A stretch of 63,279 bases of DNA, the filler included, from Octopus bimaculoides (taxonomy: Eukaryota), in the NCBI RefSeq assembly GCF_001194135.2. It is 4 parts of 4 records of this genome, joined end to end, with 100 filler letters (N's around TTAATTAATTAA, not from the genome) between each part and the next. Parts side by side here need not be neighbours in the genome. Positions count along the whole stretch, not along the records: positions 1 to 20,576 come from NC_069008.1; 3 more parts are not named here. One strand, 5' to 3'. Below, in pieces: positions 1 to 11,776 of the stretch. The translations under genes and the position numbers were made by a program. The notes beneath the pieces are model-generated. The model was not told the origin of the DNA and ran no database searches. It saw only the letters and a program-made list of their open reading frames with translations. Within the stretch, counting starts at the first letter, position 1. Each line of letters opens with the position of its first letter.

Positions 1-560
1 GTAAGCCTCAAGTGACACAAGGGTGTGCACTCGTGGCAGTGTGAATGACCAAGTCTAAGAGTCTGAAAGGAGTGGCTGGTATTGGATATGCAATGGACCT
101 TAAAGCTGGTCTGCTACGGTTAAGGAGGCGGCATGTCTGGTCACTTCAGCTGTGCCAGATAATTATCCTGTCATTGTTTTTAATAACAGATTAGATGGCG
201 GTGTTGTACTCTCTGAACTGTGTGGAGAGAGTTAATGGGGTTCTTACAGCTGGACATCTTGTCTGAGATGCTGACAATTTTGTCAGCTAATGATTCTGCC
301 GGCTTACCATAATGATAATCCTAAGTCTGGGTATAAAAGATGAGCTACAGCGATATTCTGCTCAAATACCACAGAATTGCTTGCAAGTTGTTTGACCACA
401 ACCAGTTGAGGATAGCCCTGTGTTGAGAGTAATTCTTTGGGGTTTGGATAATTCACCTTTGGAAACGTGGGTGTATCGTTCGACATCTTTAAACAACCCT
501 TATTCAGGGACATTTTGAGAGGGATGGGGTACTTGGCCTGAAGAAAATTCTAACTGGGCC
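1..560 (-). mobile_element. Degenerate Penelope-like element fragment (RT thumb / linker region)
   Basis: Minus-strand translation gives LKMSNDTPTF...KELLSTQGYPQLVVVKQL (PLE GYP motif), then TPLTLSTQFREYNTAI*SVIKNNDRIIIWHS*SDQTC and PATPFRLLDLVIH, resembling the PLE linker PLVxTYHP...KHWxxLxSD...P..F.R..NLxDxLVH. Contains stops and frameshifts. Confidence 0.55.
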
Positions 561-1719
561 CCACATGCAAGGTCATGTGCTGTTTATTTTGATATAGAGA
601 GGCTTAATGGTGATAAAGGCTAGTTTGAGGTGTGGGGGGGGGGTCTTAAAAACTTAGGCCCTGGAAATTTGTTTAATTACTGTTGATGATTCGTGTTATA
701 ATTTTCCTATCATAATTGTCTCTTGTTGGTGACTAATTTTTTTTCTTTTTCTTTGTAATTGCAGATTCCAAAGTTGTGATTTACCGAGACACAGATGAGG
801 ATGAAGAATGTTCTGTGGTGGAGATCATGTGATGGGGGCGGAAGAGGACTTCAAATACAATGTCTTGGAAGTACCCCAGGACTAGGATGGCTGCTTCCGG
901 CACTGCTGGTCATTGCTCCCCTTCCTCGAGCCAGAGGGAGGGGGGTGGATATGACCCGGAAATGGAATCTAGCATCCCCCCCACCCCAGTGCTGTTGTTT
1001 GCTCAGGATTTTTCCTTGTGGTTTCCATCACCAACAGTCCCTGGGGGTGGGGGCATTTATGCACACAGCCGCCTCTACAAGCTACATATATTTATATATG
1101 TAGTATATATATATATCATATATACACACACCCTGTAACATAAACTAAACACTAGTTTGTAAATATAATATATATATTTATATATGCAATAATGCACACA
1201 CATGCACACCCAATGTTCTGTTTAGGCGGTGGTGGTCATTAGCATGGTGATGACGGCGCCGAGTTTTGGCAGGGAATTTTGCTGGAAGCTTTTTTTTTTG
1301 TCTTCCTCCAATTCTGCTTCTGGTGGTTTTTGAAGGGCTGTCCGGGTCCAGTCTAGCCACTGTGGTTCGGCCTAGAGCTCTCAGGCCTGCCCCTCTGTCC
1401 TTCCACGGTGAGGTGGTTAACCGTTGGTCCTTTCCCTTTGTGGTCGGACGGAGCAGGGGCGATGTTTGCTGCAACAGTGTTGTGTAGCAGGACTTCAGGC
1501 GAGGTGAGCGCGGATAAAACAGTCAGGGCAGTTGTCGGATAACTGTGTGTTCTACAGATGCGGTCTCGGTCGGGCAACGGAACTGATGAGATTTCACATA
1601 GGCAATGTGATGTTGTGGTGTTGATGCTGTTAGTAATACTACTAATTATTTGTTGACAAAAATAAAACTTATTTATTTCCTAACTCAACAACGTTTTCGT
1701 GTGGTTTTTTTGTTCTTTG

Positions 1720-1890
1720 CTTTTGTGTCTGCTTGTCCCCCACCCATCACAGCTGGTGTCGGTATGTTTACATTCGCATAACTTAGCAGTTCTGAAGAAG
1801 AGATTGATAGAATAGGCACCAGGCTTTAAAAGGTAAGTACTGGGGTTGGTTCTTTCAAGGCAGTGGGCACCCTGAAACCAGTAAAAGGAG
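1720..1890 (+). mobile_element. 3' half of the dominant bipartite tRNA/CORE-type SINE
   Basis: Matches the 3' half of the copies at 7515-7910 and 20020-20470 (gtttacattcgcataacttagcagttctg...gatagaataggcaccaggc). Confidence 0.7.
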
Positions 1891-1924
1891 GGTTGGTGAC
1901 AGGAGGGGACATCCAACTGCAAAA

Positions 1925-2265
1925 GAGCCTGCTTTGCTGAAATGCTGTCTGTCCTCTGGAAGCATGGAAAGATGTGGCACCCATTGAGCGGGAACAGAAG
2001 CCTTTGTTATATCAAGTTCATTGTGCAGAATATTCTCAACTCTCTCACCGGATATCCTGATAGCATTGGCTGTTTCATTTATAGTTGATGTTAGTGGTGG
2101 CAGTTAAAGGATATGCAGACTTTGAGGTCATCTCCAGGACCCTGTTACCTTTCTAAATTCAGCTGCTCTCTTTTGCACTGTTCATAAAGCTGCAGCATTA
2201 TCCCTATTGTAGTAATCATGTCATTGGGGGACAAACAAACCCCTTTTCTGAGGTGGGTATTTTTT
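1925..2265 (-). mobile_element. Mariner transposase N-terminal remnant
   Basis: Minus frames give KKYPPQKRGLFVP, DNAAAL*TVQKRAAEFRK and ANAIRISGERVENILHNELDITKASVPAQWVPHL, matching the mariner HTH region and the WVPxL motif. Confidence 0.8.
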
Positions 2266-2359
2266 AAGAGAAATTGTCACTGGTTTGGGAATCTTTGAGG
2301 AATCAAAAGTCAGTTCACCTGGAAAGAAAGTAGTTTTAATGAGGAATTGTGTAGATAAG

Positions 2360-2580
2360 ATCCAGGCTACGTGTCTTCCAAGGTAATCGGAACCTCAGAA
2401 GTGGTAAATATCCAAGAGAAGTGTATAGCACAGGCTATTCTTCTGGTGAAGGATATCTTAATTAGATGGAAGCTTGCATTTGTTGTAAGGAGGTACATGG
2501 AAGATTCAATCAGAATGTGCAGAGTAGAAGAGGAGACTTCAAATGTAGAGCTATGGATTAAAAGAACAGAATTATAAGGG
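2360..2580 (+). mobile_element. Possible highly decayed RTE LINE fragment (post-RT Cys-rich region)
   Basis: Plus frame RSGKYP...ICCKEVHGRF...DFKC weakly resembles the SGKWPCxxC...HKRC...DFxC motif of some RTE ORF2 proteins. Confidence 0.3.
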
Positions 2581-2639
2581 GGAGAGAGGAATTTTAAGCA
2601 AGGTCATGTGACCTGTAATATTCAAGGTGGTGAGCTGAC

Positions 2640-2790
2640 CGAAATGCTTACGGGTATTTCGTCTGTCTTTACGTTCTGAGTTCGAATTGTGCCAAGGTTG
2701 ACTTTGCCTTTCATCCTTTTGGGGTCGATAAATTACATACCAGTTGCGTGCTGAGGTCGATCTGGCTCCCTTTTTAGAAATTTCATGCCT
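2640..2790 (+). mobile_element. tRNA-derived SINE, second family (central domain gactttgcctttcatcctttcggggtcgataaa)
   Basis: B-box-like GAGTTCGAATT followed by a conserved central domain also seen at 13780, 13950, 23400, 25010, 48760 and 50480. Confidence 0.75.
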
Positions 2791-2882
2791 CATCCTTAGA
2801 GTAGAAAAGAATATTCAATGGGGCTGTTTTGATCATTAATTATAGTTAGGGGGCTGAATAGCAATTTCTGTATGTATGTACA

Positions 2883-2965
2883 TACAGGGTTGGCCAAAAG
2901 TTACCTGACAGTGAATCGAAACCATTTAATTCCAGGATTTGTTTCTATTTAACGAATGAATTTAA
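2883..2965 (+). mobile_element. Tc1/mariner-type terminal fragment
   Basis: TA followed by CAGGGTTGGCCAAAAGT, a typical Tc1/mariner terminus. No partner TIR seen. Confidence 0.4.
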
Positions 2966-2974
2966 TAATAGCAT

Positions 2975-3306
2975 CTGTTGTTGGAACTCGGTCGCTTACG
3001 ACGTCGAGGGGTCCCAGTTGATCCGATCAACGGAACAGCCTGCTCGTGAAATTAACGTGCAAGTGGCCGAGCACTCCACAGCCACGTGTACAAAACAAAC
3101 TATTAGGTCGATTCCGTTAGATTAAAAACAGTTCTTCAAGGCTGTGTGCCCCGGCATGGCCGCAGTCTTAATAACTGCAGCAAGTGTGTGTGTGTTGGCA
3201 CTCCGTCGCTTACGACGTCAAGGGTTCCAGTTGATCCGATAAACGGAACAGCTTGCTCGTGAAATTAACGTGCAAGTGGCTGAGCACTCCACAGACACGT
3301 GTACCC
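2975..3306 (+). repeat. Two tandem diverged copies of a ~100-bp SINE-body segment
   Basis: gtcgcttacgacgtc...gttgatccgat.aacggaacagc.tgctcgtgaaattaacgtgcaagtggc.gagcactccacag.cacgtgtac occurs at about 2990-3090 and about 3205-3304. Confidence 0.8.
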
Positions 3307-4513
3307 NNNNNNNNNNNNNNNNNNNNNNNNNNNNNNNNNNNNNNNNNNNNNNNNNNNNNNNNNNNNNNNNNNNNNNNNNNNNNNNNNNNNNNNNNNNNNN
3401 NNNNNNNNNNNNNNNNNNNNNNNNNNNNNNNNNNNNNNNNNNNNNNNNNNNNNNNNNNNNNNNNNNNNNNNNNNNNNNNNNNNNNNNNNNNNNNNNNNNN
3501 NNNNNNNNNNNNNNNNNNNNNNNNNNNNNNNNNNNNNNNNNNNNNNNNNNNNNNNNNNNNNNNNNNNNNNNNNNNNNNNNNNNNNNNNNNNNNNNNNNNN
3601 NNNNNNNNNNNNNNNNNNNNNNNNNNNNNNNNNNNNNNNNNNNNNNNNNNNNNNNNNNNNNNNNNNNNNNNNNNNNNNNNNNNNNNNNNNNNNNNNNNNN
3701 NNNNNNNNNNNNNNNNNNNNNNNNNNNNNNNNNNNNNNNNNNNNNNNNNNNNNNNNNNNNNNNNNNNNNNNNNNNNNNNNNNNNNNNNNNNNNNNNNNNN
3801 NNNNNNNNNNNNNNNNNNNNNNNNNNNNNNNNNNNNNNNNNNNNNNNNNNNNNNNNNNNNNNNNNNNNNNNNNNNNNNNNNNNNNNNNNNNNNNNNNNNN
3901 NNNNNNNNNNNNTTTATCGCTGTGATTGGTTTGTGCTTGTTGGGTGGTTTATCTCGTAAGTGGGTGATGTCGAAGTGGGGCGGAAAAGCGGTGGCTGGTG
4001 GTGGTTGATGGTGTGGTAGGGTCAGATAAAGATGGGTATTTGGTACAAGTAGAGTGGAGGTGACGCCGACGCCGGTGGGGGATGGCTGGGGAAAGAAGAA
4101 GAGAAGAACAGAGATAAATACATCAAAGAGGACTGCTGTCACGTGGGGTGTGTGGTTGGAGGGGATGACGAGTGATTTAAGTGTGTTTGCGTGGAGAGGA
4201 AGACAGAGAGATAGATCGATAGGGAGATAAGTAGAGAGATAGATAGATGAATGTGTTGATGGATGAAGATAAAGAGAGTAGGGGAAATAAATAGTGAAAC
4301 GGGGAGAAATAGATGTGTGCATGATTGTATAAATATATATATAGAGAGAGAGATAAATATATATATACACGCATATATATATATATATGGAGAGAGAGAG
4401 ATTGAAAGTAGGACATAGGTAGAGGGCAAGACAAACAGATAGATGGAGAAAGATAAAGAAATAGACAGACAGAATGATAAACAGCGCTTGGTAGAAAGTA
4501 ATACATATGTGTT

Positions 4514-4551
<38 letters not shown>

Positions 4552-4556
<5 letters not shown>

Positions 4557-4660
4557 GGACCCCGAAGGACGAGTGCCCCATTGTACGAGACGAGACTCGT
4601 GCAAATTTTTGTCTTGAAGTACGACCGGAAATCTGTCGTACGAGCACACAAATCGTCCCA
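4552..4660 (+). mobile_element. Tigger/pogo-like terminal fragment
   Basis: ta-(c/t)agtaggaccccg start. The body ccattgtac...cgagactcgtgc.aatttttgtcttgaagtacga is shared with 46114-46215. Confidence 0.5.
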
Positions 4661-5712
4661 CCTTTAAGGTAATTCAGTTAATAAAACCAGTTTACATATT
4701 TCTTTTGCATTCTCTTGTTTTATAATTGTCATTTTACTTATAACTNNNNNNNNNNNNNNNNNNNNNNNNNNNNNNNNNNNNNNNNNNNNNNNNNNNNNNN
4801 NNNNNNNNNNNNNNNNNNNNNNNNNNNNNNNNNNNNNNNNNNNNNNNNNNNNNNNNNNNNNNNNNNNNNNNNNNNNNNNNNNNNNNNNNNNNNNNNNNNN
4901 NNNNNNNNNNNNNNNNNNNNNNNNNNNNNNNNNNNNNNNNNNNNNNNNNNNNNNNNNNNNNNNNNNNNNNNNNNNNNNNNNNNNNNNNNNNNNNNNNNNN
5001 NNNNNNNNNNNNNNNNNNNNNNNNNNNNNNNNNNNNNNNNNNNNNNNNNNNNNNNNNNNNNNNNNNNNNNNNNNNNNNNNNNNNNNNNNNNNNNNNNNNN
5101 NNNNNNNNNNNNNNNNNNNNNNNNNNNNNNNNNNNNNNNNNNNNNNNNNNNNNNNNNNNNNNNNNNNNNNNNNNNNNNNNNNNNNNNNNNNNNNNNNNNN
5201 NNNNNNNNNNNNNNNNNNNNNNNNNNNNNNNNNNNNNNNNNNNNNNNNNNNNNNNNNNNNNNNNNNNNNNNNNNNNNNNNNNNNNNNNNNNNNNNNNNNN
5301 NNNNNNNNNNNNNNNNNNNNNNNNNNNNNNNNNNNNNNNNNNNNNNNNNNNNNNNNNNNNNNNNNNNNNNNNNNNNNNNNNNNNNNNNNNNNNNNNNNNN
5401 NNNNNNNNNNNNNNNNNNNNNNNNNNNNNNNNNNNNNNNNNNNNNNNNNNNNNNNNNNNNNNNNNNNNNNNNNNNNNNNNNNNNNNNNNNNNNNNNNNNN
5501 NNNNNNNNNNNNNNNNNNNNNNNNNNNNNNNNNNNNNNNNNNNNNNNNNNNNNNNNNNNNNNNNNNNNNNNNNNNNNNNNNNNNNNNNNNGTGTTTAGCC
5601 CAACGTACACCACTCGAATTTGTTTCCCCTTTTGAATTTTAACATGTTCTAATCTGTTAATGAGGAGATAAATCAAAGAGACATTTCACTCATCTACTAA
5701 CTGCGTATATGA

Positions 5713-6030
5713 TCATGCAGTTACTGATATTTTAAATACTTTGTTTGGAAAAACGGATGGCAAGGGGTGATCTTTCGAGGGTCCATTAAAATTGACGAAA
5801 TGCTGGGAACACATTTGGCTATTTGCAGTGTAAACAAAGTCTTTCCTCACAAGTCTCGATCTCTGAAGCCAAATACGACGAATAGCTACGTTTGCAGGAT
5901 ATCTATGTAGTGAAATAACTTTGCCGAACTGGTCAGTACAGTATGTGAGTCGTCTGCGGAAGTTAAAGCAAGTCACTGAGCATGCGTACGTGTCATACGG
6001 GAGGGTTCCAATCAGGGGTGGATAACAACC
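5713..6030 (-). CDS. THAP zinc-finger (C2CH) domain reading frame; host exon or DNA-transposon remnant
   Basis: The open frame extends upstream of the listed GTG: YDTYACSVTCFNFRRRLTYCTDQFGKVISLHRYPANVAIRRIWLQRSRLVRKDFVYTANSQMCSQHFVNFNGPSKDHPLPSVFP. It has CxxxC, LHRYP, the conserved W, CSxHF and the terminal PSVF box. No in-frame ATG. Confidence 0.75.
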   Translation of the reverse strand, partial: GCYPPLIGTLPYDTYACSVTCFNFRRRLTYCTDQFGKVISLHRYPANVAIRRIWLQRSRLVRKDFVYTANSQMCSQHFVNFNGPSKDHPLPSVFPNKVFKISVTA

Positions 6031-6058
6031 TTATAGGAGCCCCCTATAGCCTTGAGCT

Positions 6059-6350
6059 GACCAAAGCCTTGTGAGTGGATTTGGTAGGCAGAAATTGAAA
6101 GAAGCTTGTTGTATATATGTGTGCGTGTATGTGTGTATTTTTGCATCTGTTTGTCCCCACCAGCACCACCTCTATTTGACAACCGGTGCTGGTTTGTTTA
6201 CATCTCTGTAACTTAGCAGTTTGACAAAAGAGATCCAATAGATTAAATACCAGGCCTAGAAAATAAAAATGTACCGGCGTCGATTCGTATGACTTCATGG
6301 TGGTGCCCCAGCATGGCCGCAGTCTGATTGACTAAAATAAGCAAAGAAAA
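6059..6350 (+). mobile_element. Bipartite tRNA/CORE-type SINE, 5'-truncated
   Basis: ccaaagccttgtgagtggatttggtag...gaaagaagc, internal (TG/TA)n, then 3' half ending ccagcatggccgcagtc. Confidence 0.8.
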
Positions 6351-6701
6351 AGTGATAGAACAAGTACCAGACGACATCATGAAATAAAACATAAGTAGGG
6401 GGCGGGGTCGATTTATTCAACTAAGACCCTCCAAGGCGTTGCCCCAGCATGGCCATAGTCCAATGACTGTAAAACAAACGAAGAGATAAAAGATAAACGG
6501 CCGATCTTTCTCGAACCAACTCGTAGCCACTCGCTGACGCACAGACAGACTGAGGAGGTTCAAGGGTTTCGTCTGTTTTACTCATGAAACAACATGTCCT
6601 GCGATATTTTATCTCTGGAGTGCCCGGCTGAAGTAGCTTCGTTACGTCTGTAATTATCGTTATTACCTTCATCATCATCACCATCACCATCATTGTCATC
6701 G

Positions 6702-7307
6702 TTAAGCCTTTGGTTTTCAGATTCGTTTGTCATTTGTTGCTAATTTATTCACGTTATCTTGAATTAATCCTGGATTATCTCATGGCTTTGAGATTTCAAT
6801 GATGGGATGGTTTATGTTTTAGGCTGACATTGTAGGATAGGTGTGAGAGGACAGATCTAGCTGGTCAGAACATAAGGTTGAATATTTGATGTGGATATGA
6901 CTGGTTAAAGCCTTTAAGAATTAAGATTATTCCGTCAAATCTAATACTTCTTTATTCCCATTCTTTTCAGTTAATCCTGGATTATCTCATAGCTTTGGGA
7001 TTTCCATAATGTGATTGTTTATTTTTAGAATGACATTGTAGGGTAGGTGTGAGTGCCCATATCTGGTCAGTATGAACATAAAGCAGGTAGAATATTTGGG
7101 GCTGATATAGCCTGATACATGCTAAAGGCGTTAAAGAGAGTAGGGAGTTTGCTGAGGGGAGATTTGGCTGTTACATTGTGTAAGGTCAAGTGACTACATA
7201 GAAGCTCCCTCATTGGTTCACGTGGTCCCTATCTTAACCCTTTAGCATTCAGATTCCTCTGTCTAAAGTAACGCTTATTTATTCATATCGTTTTGAATTA
7301 ATCCTGC
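6702..7307. mobile_element. Cluster of TTAA-ended (piggyBac-like) MITE copies
   Basis: Termini ttaa(g)cctt at 6702, atgctaaaggcgttaa at 7119-7134 and ttaaccctttagcattcag at 7234. The internal block gaattaatcc(t)ggattatctca...gctttg.gatttc is repeated three times. Confidence 0.6.
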
Positions 7308-7510
7308 ATTAGATAGATAGATAGATAGACAGATAGACAGATAGATAGATGGATAGATAGACAGATAGATAGACAGATAGATAGATAGATAGATGGATAG
7401 ATAGACAGATAGATAGACAGATAGATAGATAGATAGACAGATAGATAGGTAGATCAATAGATAGACACATAAATAGATAGGTACATTGATAGAAAGATAG
7501 ATAGATAAGA
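7307..7510. repeat. (GATA/GACA)n microsatellite
   Basis: Directly visible tandem tetranucleotides. Confidence 0.95.
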
Positions 7511-7514
7511 TACT

Positions 7515-7910
7515 CTCTTTACTCTCTTTTACTTGTTTCAGTCATTTGACTGCGGCCATGCTGGAGCACCGCCTTTAGTCGAGCAAATCGACCCCGGGAC
7601 TTATTCTTTGAAAGCCTAGTACTTATTCTATCGGTCTCTTTTTGCTGAACCGCTGAGTGACGGGGACATAAACACACCAGCATCGGTTGTCAAGCAATGC
7701 TAGGGGGATAAACACAAACACAAACATACACACACACATATATATACATATATACGACGGGCTTCTTTCAATTTCCATCTACCAAATCTACTCACAAGGC
7801 TTTGGTTGGCCCGAGGCTATAGTTGAAGACACTTGGCCAAGATACCACGCAGTGGGACTGAACCCGGAACCATGTGGTTGGTAAGCAAGCTACTTACCAC
7901 ACAGCCACTC
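7515..7910 (-). mobile_element. Full-length bipartite tRNA/CORE-type SINE
   Basis: Minus strand starts gtggctgtgtggtaagtagcttgc...gggttcagtcccac (A/B boxes), then CORE-like ccttgg.caagtgtcttc, internal microsatellite and tail gactgaaacaagtaaaagagta. Confidence 0.9.
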
Positions 7911-7983
7911 GTTACATATATATTTTAATCAACTTGACAGTTACATAACTTTTCAGTTGATTTGATACACACACATGTGCGCT

Positions 7984-8017
<34 letters not shown>

Positions 8018-8379
8018 CACGTCTCAAAGTGGTTCCACACTGATGTTTGTTTGTTTTTTTCTAGTAAATTCCACCGCCTTCCCAGAGTACCATAGCCATT
8101 GTCATTTAAACGCTTCCCAGCAAACAAACGAATATATAAATTAAAGACGACTGCGATGATCGGACTTAATTGAATGTCCTGACGGCTGACCAGAGTGACC
8201 TTCCGGTACGTTCCCTCCCACTCTACCTTCCCCCTCTCCGCCACCACCACCACCACCTTCAATGTCCACTTCTTTTTGGACCAGACTGGACTAGACTGTA
8301 CTCAACACCTGTACTGTCCTGGTCGTTATTTCACCCCAACCCCCAACCCTAACCCCCACCCCTGTATCTAATTATACAT

Positions 8380-8745
8380 ATGTGGCTGTGTGGTAAGAAG
8401 CTTGCTTCCCAACCACATGGTTCTGGGTTCAGTCCCACTGCATGGCACCTCAGACGAGTGTCTTCTACTATGGCCTCGGGCCTACTAAAGCCTTGTGAGT
8501 GGATCTGGTAGACAGAAATTGAAAGAAGCCCATCATATATATATATATATATATACCTTATATTTTTCTAATATATGTACACATATATATATATATATAT
8601 ATATTCTTTTATTCTTTTACTTGTTTTCAGGGCATTTGACTGTGGTCATACTGGGGCACCACCTTTAGTTGAAGAAATCAACTTTGGTCAGCCCAAGGCT
8701 ATAGTAGGTGTCATAGTGGGACTGAACCCGGAACCATGTGGTTGG
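8380..8745. mobile_element. Two partial copies of the bipartite SINE in opposite orientation
   Basis: Plus-strand head at 8380-8535 and an internally deleted minus-strand copy at 8605-8745. Confidence 0.75.
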
Positions 8746-9069
8746 TACTTGCCATTTAATCTGTATATATACAAATTAGCAGTAATCTGTATATATACTT
8801 TACTGCTATCTCTGTGTGCTGATGGTGTCCCTAAATAATTTCTCTGAGTCATTAGGTTAAATGTACCTGTTCTCACCTGCAACTTTACTTAATTAAATGG
8901 TTCAACTTTAGCAACACCATCCACCATCACCTACACCCTTCCACTACCACCATTACTATCACCACCACCATCACCACCATCAATGCCAAGCCAGTAAAGA
9001 AGACTTCATCTGCTAGAAATAGCAGCCAAATCACCTTCATATTTTGTACCCTATGCACTATATATATAT

Positions 9070-9260
9070 ATTCTTTTACTTGTTTCAGTCTGGAGCACCA
9101 CCTTTAGTCGAGCAAATCGACCCTGGGTCTTATTCTTTGTAAGCCTAGTACTTATTCTATCCGACACTTTTGCCGAACTGCTAAGTTACAGAGGTGTAAA
9201 CGCACCAGCATTGGTTGTCAAGCAATGTTGGGGGGGGGGGGACAACCAAAGACACACAAA
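9070..9260 (-). mobile_element. 3' half of the bipartite SINE
   Basis: cttttacttgtttcagtc...gagcaaatcgaccc...aagcctagtacttattc matches 7515-7715. Confidence 0.85.
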
Positions 9261-9372
9261 CATATACACACACATATACATACATATATGCACACACACA
9301 CATACATACATACACACATACATACATATGTATATATATATATATATATATCTATATATATATAAAGAAGCT

Positions 9373-9411
<39 letters not shown>

Positions 9412-10949
9412 NNNNNNNNNNNNNNNNNNNNNNNNNNNNNNNNNNNNNNNNNNNNNNNNNNNNNNNNNNNNNNNNNNNNNNNNNNNNNNNNNNNNNNNNN
9501 NNNNNNNNNNNNNNNNNNNNNNNNNNNNNNNNNNNNNNNNNNNNNNNNNNNNNNNNNNNNNNNNNNNNNNNNNNNNNNNNNNNNNNNNNNNNNNNNNNNN
9601 NNNNNNNNNNNNNNNNNNNNNNNNNNNNNNNNNNNNNNNNNNNNNNNNNNNNNNNNNNNNNNNNNNNNNNNNNNNNNNNNNNNNNNNNNNNNNNNNNNNN
9701 NNNNNNNNNNNNNNNNNNNNNNNNNNNNNNNNNNNNNNNNNNNNNNNNNNNNNNNNNNNNNNNNNNNNNNNNNNNNNNNNNNNNNNNNNNNNNNNNNNNN
9801 NNNNNNNNNNNNNNNNNNNNNNNNNNNNNNNNNNNNNNNNNNNNNNNNNNNNNNNNNNNNNNNNNNNNNNNNNNNNNNNNNNNNNNNNNNNNNNNNNNNN
9901 NNNNNNNNNNNNNNNNNNNNNNNNNNNNNNNNNNNNNNNNNNNNNNNNNNNNNNNNNNNNNNNNNNNNNNNNNNNNNNNNNNNNNNNNNNNNNNNNNNNN
10001 NNNNNNNNNNNNNNNNNNNNNNNNNNNNNNNNNNNNNNNNNNNNNNNNNNNNNNNNNNNNNNNNNNNNNNNNNNNNNNNNNNNNNNNNNNNNNNNNNNNN
10101 NNNNNNNNNNNNNNNNNNNNNNNNNNNNNNNNNNNNNNNNNNNNNNNNNNNNNNNNNNNNNNNNNNNNNNNNNNNNNNNNNNNNNNNNNNNNNNNNNNNN
10201 NNNNNNNNNNNNNNNNNNNNNNNNATGCCTTTTTAGGTGATTTTAAATGTCTTGCCCGCTCACGTTTTTGGTATGCTGCTATATTTCAGGTTGAGAACTT
10301 TTTAGGTCTTAATAGACACAAGATGTGATCTATTTCTAGCGCATTAATTGTCCACGTTAGTGGTCGACGTTATTTTTTAAAATGTACCTTAATCCCCTGA
10401 GATTGCAGATAATATTTCTGAATCTCTTTGATTCTTTAGATGTGCTGACCTCCTGATAATTAATCGATATTAATTAATATATGACTAATTACCAGATTTT
10501 ATAATCATATATATATATATATATATATGTGTATGGAATTCCATACAGTGTTTTTCTACCAAGTTCACTCACAAGGCTTTGATCAGCCTAAGGCTATCAT
10601 GGAAGACATTTGCCTAAAGTGCTATGCAGTGGGACTGAGCCCATAACCATGTGGTTGTCGAGTGAGCTACTTAATGACACATCCTTGGCTCCATGTTGAA
10701 TATAATGTTATGTTCAATACAAAATGACAGGATAAATGGTGGGAGAGTCATGGTCGGAATGTCTTTGATTAGAGGTCTGATGGTTCAGGGTTAACTTCAG
10801 ATTAGATAACCACAACTGCAAGAAAACAATGGTTTTTGCCCAGTGTTAAACAACAGCTCAACCACAGAACGATTAGTTGTACAAGTAAGGAAGGGTATTT
10901 GCCATTGTCTCCATAACATATTTCATCCTTTGTCTTCCACATGTTCCTT

Positions 10950-11360
10950 TCACAACCAGTGATCAGCATTTCTTTACATCAAGCATCAGATTCACTCGTC
11001 CGTCTGCAAACTCTCCAAGCTTTCCTATCATTTATAAACTCTCTTGCTGCTCTCACTCCAACGCCTTGAACCACCAAAGCTTTCTTCACTCCATCCATCC
11101 ATCCACACAAACTGAGGTCTGCATCTGGTTCTGCTGCCTACCACTTCAGCCTTCATCACCCTCCTTACCATTCACTCCTCATCCATCCTCTCCATGCAGG
11201 CCAAACCACCTCAACATTCAGCTGTCCATTCTGGTAGTTAGTTTCTTTCTCATTCCCGCTCGCCTTCACACCTTCTCATTCCTCATCCCGTCCATCCATG
11301 CCACACCAACCATAGCCCTCAAACATCTCATCTCAAACACATCTAGTCGCCCCCTTTCCA
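10950..11360 (-). mobile_element. RTE-clade LINE ORF2 C-terminal remnant
   Basis: Minus translation LDVFEMRCLRAMVGVAWMDGMRNEKV...MLRWFG matches the RTE motif FEMxCLRxxxGVxxxDxxRNExV...LRWFGH. Confidence 0.75.
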
Positions 11361-11590
11361 CCCTTGCTCAAAGGGGTAAGGAACCAGCATGATGCAGTGG
11401 GGGTAAACCAGCATATGCTGTCGGGGCCCTGGCATTCTATGCCTTGACCTGAGAATAGAAGGGGGGCTCGGGGGGACTCAGGGGGGCTCGCCTCTTTAAG
11501 CTGGGAAATGAATGGAATGCCTGGTGTGTGTCTTGTTGTGGTTACCCACTCCTAAAAAAAATGAGAAATAAGCCTGGGCATATATATATC

Positions 11591-11727
11591 CTCGTCATCA
11601 TCATCATCGTCGTTTAACGTCCGCTTTCCATGCTAGCATGGGTTGGACGATTTGACTGAGGACTGGTGAAACCAGATGGCTACACCAGGCTCCAATCTGA
11701 TTTGGCAGAGTTTTTACAGCTGGATGC

Positions 11728-11730
<3 letters not shown>
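11591..11730 (-). mobile_element. Third SINE-like family with (ATG)n tail (RTE-tail type)
   Basis: catcatcgtttaacgtccgctttccatgctagcatgggttggacg...ctacagctggatgccct. Further copies at 15895-15990 (+), 18131-18400 (-), 22505-22700 (+) and 34675-34830 (+). Confidence 0.75.
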
Positions 11731-11776
<46 letters not shown>

